From the NCBI GenBank assembly GCA_009692435.1, contig SHZE01000005.1, forward strand, positions 1 to 60,908: a DNA stretch of 60,908 nucleotides, written 5' to 3'. A model generated the notes under the pieces. It saw only the letters and a program-made list of their open reading frames with translations. It did no database searches and had not been told where the DNA came from. A program made the translations under genes and the position numbers. Shown here one piece after another: positions 40,429 to 49,682 of this stretch; position 1 is the first letter of the stretch; each line of letters opens with the position of its first letter. The stretch is from Deltaproteobacteria bacterium. Its GTDB lineage: Bacteria; Desulfobacterota; Binatia; Bin18.

Positions 40429-41554
40429 CAAAGTCTTGGTGCTCTCCGCCTCGGCGGGTGCCGGGCATATCCGCGCGGCGCAAGCAGTGGAGAAAGCATT
40501 CTTGCAAATGGGAGCGGCACGAGAAGTGCGGCACATCGACATCCTCGAATACACGAATAAACTCTTTCGGAATTTTTACTCCAAGGCGTATATCGACATG
40601 GTCAACAAAGCCCCCGAAGTGCTCGGGTGGTTGTACGACCATCTTGATACGCCGTGGAAAAACGAACGTCGTCGGCTGGCCTTTAACAAGCTGAACACCC
40701 GCCCGTTTATCAAACTGCTCGAACAGCATCAGCCGGATTTTGTGGTCTGCACCCATTTCCTGCCGGCAGAGATGGTGTCGTGGCTCAAAGCGAAAGAACG
40801 ACTGGCAACAAAACAAGCGATTGTCGTGACCGACTTTGACGTGCACGCCATGTGGCTGTGTCATCATTTCGAGCACTACTTCGTGGCACTGGAGGAAACG
40901 CGGATCCATCTGGAGAAGCTGGGAATTCCTCCGGAAAAAGTTTCCGTTACCGGCATTCCCATTGATCCAATTTTTGCCGAAGTGAAAGACAAACGCGCCA
41001 TGCGTGCCAAATATGGCTTGGATGAAGACCGGAGGACGATTTTGATTTCCGCCGGTGGGTTCGGTGTCGGACCGATTGAGCATCTCGTCCAGTCACTGTT
41101 GGAGATGCGCCATGGCGCCCAGGTGGTGGCGATTTGCGGGCGCAGCACAGAACTGAAAACCCGGCTCGATCAGCTTGCGGCACAGGTCCCGCCGCATCAT
41201 CACGTGACCCTGCATGCCGTTGGTTATACGACCGAGATGGATGAGTACATGTCAGCGGCGGACCTCTTGGTGGGAAAGCCGGGGGGACTCACCACGTCGG
41301 AAGCTCTGGCCAAAGGGCTGGTCCCGGTCATCGTCAATCCGATTCCCGGGCAAGAAGAGCGCAATGCGGATCATCTCCTTGAAGAAGGCGCGGCGATTCG
41401 GTGCAATAACCTGCCAGTGCTCGCCTATAAAATAGACCAACTCCTGGACGATCCCGCACGGTTTGCCTCGATGCAGGCTAATGTCAAACGGCTCGCGCAC
41501 CCGCATGCGGCACGGGACATTGTGACCACGCTCCTGTCTCTGCAAAACCCATGA
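40421..41554 (+). CDS. GT28 diacylglycerol glycosyltransferase (UgtP/MGDG synthase-like)
   Basis: 'GAGHIRAA', 'VVTDF..H', 'TGIP', 'KPGGLT', 'PGQEERN'. Confidence 0.9.
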   Translation: MFNKVLVLSASAGAGHIRAAQAVEKAFLQMGAAREVRHIDILEYTNKLFRNFYSKAYIDMVNKAPEVLGWLYDHLDTPWKNERRRLAFNKLNTRPFIKLLEQHQPDFVVCTHFLPAEMVSWLKAKERLATKQAIVVTDFDVHAMWLCHHFEHYFVALEETRIHLEKLGIPPEKVSVTGIPIDPIFAEVKDKRAMRAKYGLDEDRRTILISAGGFGVGPIEHLVQSLLEMRHGAQVVAICGRSTELKTRLDQLAAQVPPHHHVTLHAVGYTTEMDEYMSAADLLVGKPGGLTTSEALAKGLVPVIVNPIPGQEERNADHLLEEGAAIRCNNLPVLAYKIDQLLDDPARFASMQANVKRLAHPHAARDIVTTLLSLQNP

Positions 41555-41599
41555 AGCGAGGACGGCGTCTGACGAGCGAGCGATGAGACGAGATCGATA

Positions 41600-42151
41600 A
41601 TGCCACGTCAATCACCTTCCCGATTTTTGCTTGAGTCGCTCCCGCTTCTTCCACGAGGTCGCGCGCTGGACGTCGCGGCGGGATCGGGACGCAACACGAT
41701 TGTGCTCGCCGAGCACGGCTTCACGGTCCACGCGCTCGACCGCAACCCTGAAGCGCTGGAAGAGGCACGGCACACCGCTCGTGATCCCCACCTGCTCCAC
41801 GTCACGACAGAGATTGTTGACCTGGAAGGCGAGCCGTTTCCGCATCATGCGTTTCCACCGGCAACTTATGATGTGGTGATCGTCTTCTTCTATCTCTTCC
41901 GCCCGGCATTTCCCGCGCTGGCGCGTACGCTGAAGCCAGGGGGGATGCTCGTGTACGAGACCTTTCTCATCGACAATTATCGCAAATATCAACGCCCACG
42001 GCACCAAGAATTTTGCCTTGCGCATGGCGAGTTGCGCACCCTGGTCCCAGGTCTTGAAGTGGTGCACTGCAACGAGGGGGCACGGGAAGGGAAAGGCGAA
42101 CAGGGGGAAACCTATACCGCCCGGCTTTTGGTGCGGAAGAAAGATGGATAA
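41600..42151 (+). CDS. Class I SAM-dependent methyltransferase (TehB-like)
   Basis: 'ALDVAAGSGRN', 'YDVVI', 'LKPGG..YETF'. Confidence 0.85.
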   Translation: MPRQSPSRFLLESLPLLPRGRALDVAAGSGRNTIVLAEHGFTVHALDRNPEALEEARHTARDPHLLHVTTEIVDLEGEPFPHHAFPPATYDVVIVFFYLFRPAFPALARTLKPGGMLVYETFLIDNYRKYQRPRHQEFCLAHGELRTLVPGLEVVHCNEGAREGKGEQGETYTARLLVRKKDG

Positions 42152-42256
42152 GCCCGTACGGTATGTTTTCCCGGCGAAAAGCCTCGCGAATTTTGGACTT
42201 GCTACCATTTCTCCCCCCTTTCGGAAATCAAAAAAGCTAGATAAAGACAGCCCTGT

Positions 42257-42352
42257 GGAGGAGGATAGGGCCCGGTGGCTCTACCGGTCTTCAAAACCGA
42301 GTTGCGTGGCGTAACGTTGCGCGGATGGTTCGACTCCATCCCTTCTCCGCCA
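42257..42352 (+). tRNA. selC: tRNA-Sec (anticodon UCA)
   Basis: 8-bp acceptor stem GGAGGAGG/CCTTCTCC, anticodon loop CT-TCA-AA, long variable arm, T arm GATGG-TTCGACT-CCATC, 3' GCCA; selA is 3 kb away. Confidence 0.95.
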
Positions 42353-42706
42353 GTCTTTCTTCTCCCCGCTTCCTACGCTATTGCGTGAGCGCTTCGGCTG
42401 CCTTGGCCATTGCGGTCATTGCCATCCCACAAGGTATCGTCCCACCACGCCTCCGCTAATTGCAGGAGAGTCCAGGGCCAAACGCACCGAGGCGCGGGCT
42501 CGTCACGCCAACCCGCGCCCTCAAGTGGAGGCATACGCCACTCGGAGCACTACACCAAAAACAAAGACGAGCTGCGATTCTCCACATGGGCGAATTCCTA
42601 GGATCGGGACATGCGGAGCAATAACAGCCAACAGACGAGAGCTTCATTTTTGTACTCACTACAACCCGCCAGTATACGCTGGCCTATAGGAAAAGGAGAA
42701 GGATAT

Positions 42707-43523
42707 ATGAAAGCAACCAAATTCAAGACGTGGACATCGCTCGCTCTGCTCACAGGAACCGGCGGTTCTCTTTTTGGTGCCCTCGCTGGGTTCGATACCG
42801 CTCGGGCGGAAGTCATTCACTCCCAAGCACCACCGACCGCTCAAAAGCCGCTCGCAGTCGATGATTTTCCGTAGCGCGCTGTCGCAAATCGCGACCATCG
42901 TTGAAGGCGTGGTGACTGATATTCGCTATGACTACAGTGAGGCCGAAGGGCCGTGGACCCGTGTGATCTTGTCTAAGGTCAAGGCGCATCTCGGCACCGC
43001 ACTGCCGCAACTGGAACTCCGGCATTTTGGTGGGCGCCTGCCCAACGGACGGATGATGGTGGCCAGTGAACTGCCGTCCTTCGTCAAAGGCGCGCGCTAT
43101 TTCGTCTTTCTGCGCAACACGGCGTGGAACGTCTCCCCTGTCGTTGGCGACCTCGCCCTACGGGTGGAGCAGGTAGGCGCGGCGGAGGTGTTGGTCAACT
43201 CCGACGGTCTCGCGGTCACAAAGATTGGACCCAAAGGTATAGAGACAGGTCCCAAGCTCTTCGGCCCCTTAGAGTCGGACGCGACCGCACCGCAATCCCT
43301 CATGCCGACTCTCCCCCCTGGTCTCGCGCCGCTCACCCGCCAAAGCTTTATGCAAGAACTGGGCGCGACTATGGCCGCGCAAGGCACGAAAGTCGGGGGC
43401 ATATTCTATAGTCGTCCCTCTGGAGAGTTCCGGTGGCGTGGGCAAAGCACGGCACGGACCTCACTCCCCACCGCGAATCAGAGCACAATCCCAACACTCG
43501 ATCGGTCGAAGCCAACATTCTAA
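42707..43523 (+). CDS. Secreted protein with a TIMP/OB-like pattern, frameshift at ~42866
   Basis: SD AAGGAG, signal peptide ending ARA; 'VDDF' joins 'RSALSQIATIVEGVV' if one base is removed from TTTTCC; 'GG..PSF..G.RYFVFL'. Confidence 0.7.
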
Positions 43524-43544
43524 CGAAATTGAGGAGCAATCATC

Positions 43545-44580
43545 ATGAACACGCGAATCAGCATGAGCACTATGTTTACCATCTTTTCAGCACTCTTCAC
43601 CTTTCTCACCGCCAGCGGCGCCGAAGCCGCAAGCTGGAGAATCTGTAACGGCAGCTCGGTCAAGTGGCGTGGCACCGTCAATGTCCATCGGAACAGTTGT
43701 AGTATTCCGGACTCCGGTGTGATCAACAGTGCCTATTGGAACGGGGTCAGACAGTGGGACAATCTTTCCCACGTCGTCGACGGCTTCTTCGTCAACCCGG
43801 CCTCGGATTGCTTGATCTCTCATGGTGACGGGCAAAATGAGGTCGGCCGCGTGAGCCGCTCCGCCATCGACGGTGCCAACGGACTCACGGTTCTCCAGCT
43901 CGGCCTCTGTTTTATTGGCAGCAATGACATTGACGAAGCCGACGTGATGATCGCCAGCGACCTGAGTCTCACGGCCCAATGGGGAAACTTTCTCGGTACG
44001 ACGGGACGGAGCACTTTCGTGCATGAGTTTGGTCATTTCTTCGGTTTTCTGCACGAAAATGCCCATGCGGTGCTGCGCACGAGCCCACCGCACCTGAACC
44101 GGAGGCTTAGAACCGTCGACGAATTGGCCAAGTGACACCACCGGCATGCACGCACTCTATGGATTCTCCAGCAATCGTCCCAATCTGCTGCCCTCGGCGC
44201 TTGGGGTCGTGAGTGGCGCGGTCCAGCGGCTCAATGCCGCGACCACGGTCAATGTCTGCCGGGGTTCGGCCCGAACCGTGCGCGTGTACCTCGGGAACTC
44301 TGGGAGCGTGGCCTCTGGCACCTACAATCTGCGGGTGCGGCTGAGCCCGACCTCTCCCATGTCCGGCTATACCTTGGGGACGACGGTCGCGAGAACTTTC
44401 ACTCACTCACTAGGTGCCTTCTCGCAGGGAACCTTCGATTTGGCTTTCAATGTCCCGGCCTCGTTACCCAATGGCACGTACTTCATTTACGTTGACATGG
44501 ACCACACGAATACGATCACCGAACTGCGCGAAGGTGACAACTCGACCGTCAGCGCCATGAAGTTCCAAGTGGTCTGCTAG
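43545..44580 (+). CDS. Secreted matrixin-like metzincin protease with C-terminal CARDB/Ig-like domain, frameshift at ~44097
   Basis: Signal peptide ending AEA, 'HEFGHFFGFLH'; shifted frame gives 'WPSDTTGMHALYG' then 'PNL..GTYFIYVDMD..ELREGDN'. Confidence 0.8.
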
Positions 44581-44745
44581 AATGCGGTCCGCGGGGGTGG
44601 TTCCGCAAGAGTCACCCGCCAAGGACAAGACCCTGAGCACGGTGTCGCTTCAGCCTCTCCTCTCCGCTCAGAGTCTTGTCCTTGCTTGTATCCTGAGCTG
44701 ATGAGAAACCCGTTCGCTGAGTCTCAACTGTAGGGAGTGAAAGCA

Positions 44746-45417
44746 ATGTGGCGCAGAGTAGATCAATGGCACCGGCAGTGGTTGAAGCGAGCGTTTCATG
44801 CGCTGGCGCTGACAGGCATCATCATAATTCTCACCGCCGTCATGGGAGACGCGTCCCAAGAGGAAACACTGATGAAGCACGAGCAGCCCGCGGCTGAGGC
44901 ACCATTCGTGGTCACGACTTCAGTGGGCCCACAGCTCAGAGGCACCGCCGCTAGGGTGGAAATCAAGTATCTGGACGTGGCACAAGCCCCGCAGGTCGAA
45001 ATTGTCTTCTCCGCCGCCGACGCTGCGGACCGCCTTTGGGCCGCCCAAGCGCTTCCCCCAGCGGATTTCCTCAAGACCCCCACCCTTTCCGCCCAGGTCG
45101 TTGACCGCCCACTTACACTCGGCACCGCAAGCGTGCAGGTGAGCCAGGCGGGCGGGGATGCCGTTTTTTCGCCCGGCGGACTGCTGACGTTGCAACTTCG
45201 AGACGGGCGACTGGTGGGCGAAACTCGTGAGATGGGCGACGAATTCTCGGCGCGGTTCGAGGGACCCTTCGTTGTCACGTGCGCCGTTCCCGCGACGACG
45301 CTGACGGGAGATGCCCCGACCCCAACCTCGGACAATACGCTTCCGATTCTCGTAGTGGACGAGCGATTCGAGTCTCCCCTTTGTCAACCATTCGCCACAC
45401 TCGCGGGGTGGCGTTAG
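44746..45417 (+). CDS. Hypothetical membrane-anchored/exported protein
   Basis: SD GGGAG, one hydrophobic helix, beta-rich body, two Cys. Confidence 0.65.
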   Translation: MWRRVDQWHRQWLKRAFHALALTGIIIILTAVMGDASQEETLMKHEQPAAEAPFVVTTSVGPQLRGTAARVEIKYLDVAQAPQVEIVFSAADAADRLWAAQALPPADFLKTPTLSAQVVDRPLTLGTASVQVSQAGGDAVFSPGGLLTLQLRDGRLVGETREMGDEFSARFEGPFVVTCAVPATTLTGDAPTPTSDNTLPILVVDERFESPLCQPFATLAGWR

Positions 45418-45447
45418 CGTCACCCGTCACAGAGCAAGGGCAGCGTC

Positions 45448-46836
45448 TTAGGGCTGTGGAATCAGGTCTCGTGGAGAAAAAACCCCGCGCAGATCAAGCA
45501 AGAAGACCCCGTCGTGAATGCGCCCCAGGATCGGTGGGTCGGAGGCGCGGAACCGAGCGGCGATCTTGTCCGCCGAAAGATGCGCATGCCGTATCCCAAT
45601 GGCTCGACTTGGGAGATTCTCCTCTGGCAAGGCCCCACTACCAATCTGCGCGTGCGTATCCTCAACGGTGATCGAGAATCCTTCTCCCAATTGGGTCTGA
45701 AGCAGCGGGATGATGTGGGCGGCCATGACCTCCATTTCCGCCTGTGAGCGCGTCAACCAGCGCAAAGTTGGCAACGCCGCAATGAGGTCAGGTGCCCGAC
45801 GGTAGAGCCGCAACGTCGCGCTCAACGCGGCGAGCGTGAGTTTGCCGGGACGCAAGGCCCGCTTGAAGGGGTTCTTCTTGATCTGGGCGATGAACTCCTT
45901 GCGCCCGACAATCAGGCCCGCTTGCGGTCCACCTAACAACTTGTCTCCACTGAAAGTAACAACATCCGCGCCGCTCGCAACGCGCTCTGCGACCACGGGT
46001 TCCTTGGGTAATCCATACGTTGACAAGTCAACTAATGCACCAGCGCCTAGGTCTTCCATCACGGGAATCTGATGGGTGCGTCCCAGTGCCACCAACTCAT
46101 CAAGCGTGACACTGCTGGTGAATCCGATAATCCGGTAGTTACTGGGATGAACTTTGAGCAGCACTCCGCTCTGAGGGGTGATCGCCTCGGCGTAATCCGC
46201 GATCCGCGTGCGATTGGTCGTTCCCACTTCGCGGAGTATCACGCCGCTTTTACGCATCACATCGGGAATACGAAAGGAACCGCCGATCTCGACCAGTTCT
46301 CCGCGTGAGACAATGCCTTCTTTGCCTTCCGCCAGCGTATTCAAGGCGAGCAGCACGGCCGCCGCGTTGTTATTGACGACGGTGGCGGCTTCGGCTCCCG
46401 TTAAGGCCAGGATGTCATCTTCAATAATCTCATCCCGGTCGCCACGCCCGGCTTCCGTTAAATCGTACTCCAGCGTGACCGGGGTACTGGCGACACGAAG
46501 AAGCTCGTCAATGGCGGCTGGTGCCAATAGCGCGCGGCCCAGATTGGTGTGCAGCACTGTGCCCGTCGCATTCACGACCGAACGGAGCGGGGAGCGATCT
46601 TCGCGTGCGATGGCCGCCTCGATCTGCTGCGCGATGGTTGCCTCGTCGGGCTGTGTTGTAACTGTTCCCGCCAGTATCTCTTGTCGCAACACAGCAAGGA
46701 CTGTTCGTGTCTTTTCCGTGACGTAGGTGCGATTGTAGCGTTGGATCGTCCGCGCAAGCGCGGGAGCGGCCAGGAGCTTCTCGACCGCGGGCAGAGCGCG
46801 TACAGTAGCGCGCGGCCCCTCCTCTGGTGTGTTCAT
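45448..46836 (-). CDS. selA: L-seryl-tRNA(Sec) selenium transferase
   Basis: 'NATGTVLHTNLGRA', 'VNNNAAA', 'SRGELVEIGGSFR', PLP-lysine motif 'SGDKLLGGPQ'. Confidence 0.98.
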   Translation of the reverse strand: MNTPEEGPRATVRALPAVEKLLAAPALARTIQRYNRTYVTEKTRTVLAVLRQEILAGTVTTQPDEATIAQQIEAAIAREDRSPLRSVVNATGTVLHTNLGRALLAPAAIDELLRVASTPVTLEYDLTEAGRGDRDEIIEDDILALTGAEAATVVNNNAAAVLLALNTLAEGKEGIVSRGELVEIGGSFRIPDVMRKSGVILREVGTTNRTRIADYAEAITPQSGVLLKVHPSNYRIIGFTSSVTLDELVALGRTHQIPVMEDLGAGALVDLSTYGLPKEPVVAERVASGADVVTFSGDKLLGGPQAGLIVGRKEFIAQIKKNPFKRALRPGKLTLAALSATLRLYRRAPDLIAALPTLRWLTRSQAEMEVMAAHIIPLLQTQLGEGFSITVEDTHAQIGSGALPEENLPSRAIGIRHAHLSADKIAARFRASDPPILGRIHDGVFLLDLRGVFSPRDLIPQP

Positions 46837-46958
46837 AGTGGCAGCAGATTTACACAGGGGCTTGCCCCTTGCAACCGCAGAGGTGGGAGATTAGCTTTGG
46901 GACTAGTCTCAGGAAAGTCTTGAACAGGGCGTGCCCTAGACTATTCCTTGGGGGGATT

Positions 46959-48059
46959 ATGGCAACAACAGAGACGCAGTATCGAACGAGCATCGGCCAG
47001 CAGGAAGTGCAACTGCTCGGGTTTCTCCGGGCTTTTGAGGCGCTGCAAGAAAAAATTCACTTCGCCAAAATCAAGCAACATAAACAAGACTTATTTAACG
47101 AGGTGGGAGATATTTTCCCTCCCCTTAATGCTGAGCTCAATGATCTGACGCCACCGCCCGGCCTGGAAAAATTTCACCAGCAATGGCGTGAGGTCATTGA
47201 GCATTGTGATGATGCCTACACCTCTTTTCTCACCGGGTCGGAGGGGAATTTCATTGTCGCCTATTTTCAGAGCCGTCGCGCATTTTCCCTTGGCAAATAC
47301 TTGCTCTACAGTCTAAGAGCCCAATTACCAACGTTACAGAGATATTGGGTGCTGCCAGACATGGCAGCACGGCTTGTGGAGCTGGAGACGCCAGTCGCTG
47401 GACTGCAAGTCCAAACGGGGGTGGTGCACCGACCAGCCACCGACGTGCATGGAGAATACTCACTCTATGTGCCGGAAAATTATGACCCCAGTCGCCAGTG
47501 GCCGCTGATTATCGCGATGCACGGTGGGCATGGGCGCGGGGATGACTATCTCTTGACCTGGATCCGCTCGGCCAAAAGCAAGGGCTATCTCGTTCTGTCG
47601 CCAAAGTCGCTTGCCGACACTTGGTCGCTCCAGCAACCCGGAGTGGATATTCGCTCGATCCTCACGATGCTGGAAGAACTCTTGGATGAATATGCCATTG
47701 ATACCGGGCGACTCTTCGCCACTGGCCTCTCTGACGGTGGGACATTTAGCTTCGCCTTGGGGTTGAGTTGTCCGAAACTCTTCGCAGGCATCGCGCCGAT
47801 TGCCGCGGCGGGGACGTTTCTCGCGCTGCTGGACCTCCAAGCGAGTAAAGCGCTCCCGATATTCATGGTGCATGGAGCACTCGATTTCATCTTTCCCGTG
47901 GCGATGGCGCGCGCGGCCTACAACCTCCTGAAGCAGAACAACTTCACGAACCTGACGTATAAAGAATTGCCCGACTGGGGACACGCCTACACCTATTCTA
48001 TTAACGAAACCCTCGTCCTGCCTTGGTTTGAGAGCCATTCATCCCACGGTTCCACATGA
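46959..48059 (+). CDS. Alpha/beta hydrolase (phospholipase/carboxylesterase) with helical N-terminal extension
   Basis: 'MHGG', nucleophile 'GLSDG', 'HGALD', 'GH'. Confidence 0.85.
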   Translation: MATTETQYRTSIGQQEVQLLGFLRAFEALQEKIHFAKIKQHKQDLFNEVGDIFPPLNAELNDLTPPPGLEKFHQQWREVIEHCDDAYTSFLTGSEGNFIVAYFQSRRAFSLGKYLLYSLRAQLPTLQRYWVLPDMAARLVELETPVAGLQVQTGVVHRPATDVHGEYSLYVPENYDPSRQWPLIIAMHGGHGRGDDYLLTWIRSAKSKGYLVLSPKSLADTWSLQQPGVDIRSILTMLEELLDEYAIDTGRLFATGLSDGGTFSFALGLSCPKLFAGIAPIAAAGTFLALLDLQASKALPIFMVHGALDFIFPVAMARAAYNLLKQNNFTNLTYKELPDWGHAYTYSINETLVLPWFESHSSHGST

Positions 48060-48188
48060 CATGTTCCCGCTATTCGTCGTTCTGTGGATGGATAGGTTTC
48101 AGAATTCCCAGTGAAATGCCGATATATGGGAGAGGCTCGCGAACACTGAGATTCTCGTGTTCGCCTGTAGAAAGGGTAAGGATACGAT

Positions 48189-49583
48189 ATGGAACCACTT
48201 GGGGCGATTGTTCTTGCCGCTGGGTTGGGCAAGCGCATGCGTTCGGCGCAAGCCAAGGTTTTGCATCTCCTGGCTGGCAAGCCGTTACTGTCCCGTGTCA
48301 TCAGTGCCATTCAGCCATTGCAGCTTAACTGGCTGGTCGTCGTCGTCGGACACAAAGCGGACGAAGTGCAACGCCTCTGCGGACAACCGGGAATCCTATT
48401 TGCCCGCCAACGAGAACAACACGGGACTGGAGACGCGGTGCGCGCCGCGCGAGAGCATTTTGCCGGGTTTTCAGGAGACATCTTGATTACCTGTGGAGAT
48501 ACTCCACTGTTGACGACGGACACTCTCGCGCGGTTTCTTGAAACTCACCGTGCTCGGCGCGTGACCCTCTCCGTATTGACCGTGGAACTTGAGGACGCTG
48601 GCCACTATGGCCGTGTCATTCGTGCTCGCGACGGTCAGATTATAAAGATTGTCGAGGCGCGAGACGCATCAACGGACGAACGAACCACGCGCGAGATCAA
48701 TACCGGTATTTATTGTGTCAAGGCGGACTTTCTCTTTGCGGCGCTCGAACGATTACGCCCGGCGAATGCGCAAGGAGAATACTACCTCACGGATATCGTT
48801 GCCCAGGCTGTTGCCGCTGGACTGCCAACGCAAGCCGTACTAACGACCAACCCCCATGAAGTGGAAGGGGTGAATTCACGAGAGGAGTTAGCCACCATGG
48901 AAAAAACCCGACAAGCCCACCTGCGTCGCCAGTGGATGTCGCTAGGAGTGACGTTAGAAGACCCAGATACGGTGTACATTGGCGAAGAAGTGACCATTGG
49001 ACAGGACACGGTCATTGGTCCCAATACGCAGCTCAAAGGGAAAACGACGCTTGGGATAGGCTGCCGGATTGATGGGAGTGCCTATATCGAGAACTGCGCA
49101 ATTGGGGACGGCGCGCATGTCGACTTCTCTTGCGTATTACGTGACTGCGAGCTGGCAAGTCACGCAATCGTCGGTCCGTTTGCCCATGTACATGCCGGAA
49201 CAGTGCTCGCTCCGCACGCGGTCATTGGTAATTTCGTCGAGGTCAAGAGATCGATTGTTGGCGAACATACGAAGGCCAAGCATCTGGCGTACATTGGCGA
49301 TACGGAGATCGGGCGAGATGCCAATATCGGGGCGGGCACCATCACCTGCAACTATGACGGATTTACGAAATCGAAAACCAAGATTGGCGATCGGGTACAA
49401 GTCGGGTCGGATACCACCCTCGTTGCGCCGATCACGATTCATGATGACGTGTACATTGCGACCGCGACAACCGTGCGTCACAATGTCCCTGCTGGAGCGC
49501 TCGTGTTCAATACTCGTCAGGAGCAGATCCGAGAAGGATGGACGGCAGCGAAGCGCGCAAAGGAAGCGGCGAGAAAAAAATAG
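48189..49583 (+). CDS. glmU: Bifunctional UDP-GlcNAc pyrophosphorylase/GlcN-1-P acetyltransferase
   Basis: 'LAAGLGKRM', 'EYYLTD', 'GNFVEVK', 'TCNYDG', hexapeptide repeats. Confidence 0.98.
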   Translation: MEPLGAIVLAAGLGKRMRSAQAKVLHLLAGKPLLSRVISAIQPLQLNWLVVVVGHKADEVQRLCGQPGILFARQREQHGTGDAVRAAREHFAGFSGDILITCGDTPLLTTDTLARFLETHRARRVTLSVLTVELEDAGHYGRVIRARDGQIIKIVEARDASTDERTTREINTGIYCVKADFLFAALERLRPANAQGEYYLTDIVAQAVAAGLPTQAVLTTNPHEVEGVNSREELATMEKTRQAHLRRQWMSLGVTLEDPDTVYIGEEVTIGQDTVIGPNTQLKGKTTLGIGCRIDGSAYIENCAIGDGAHVDFSCVLRDCELASHAIVGPFAHVHAGTVLAPHAVIGNFVEVKRSIVGEHTKAKHLAYIGDTEIGRDANIGAGTITCNYDGFTKSKTKIGDRVQVGSDTTLVAPITIHDDVYIATATTVRHNVPAGALVFNTRQEQIREGWTAAKRAKEAARKK

Positions 49584-49663
49584 TCGTCATCAGTTGTCAG
49601 GGGAAAAAGAAACAGGGAAATGTCCTCGCCTCTCTTTTAACTGACGCCTGATAACTGACAACT
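49582..49663. repeat. Inverted heptamer-repeat element between glmU and glmS
   Basis: AGTCGTCATCAGTTGTCAG ... CTGACGC CTGATAA CTGACAA CT. Confidence 0.65.
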
Positions 49664-49682
49664 CTCCTCTGAGGTTCAATCT

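Noticed and set aside
42381-42689. ORF with CGHCH as a c-type cytochrome
   Set aside because: No signal peptide, no SD, TTG start and unprotein-like composition; probably spurious
44655-44670. attR copy of the selC 3' end
   Set aside because: Only ~7 nt match (TCTCCGC) and there is no integrase in the window
49584-49682. glmS ribozyme
   Set aside because: The gap is short and filled by heptamer repeats; no ribozyme core seen
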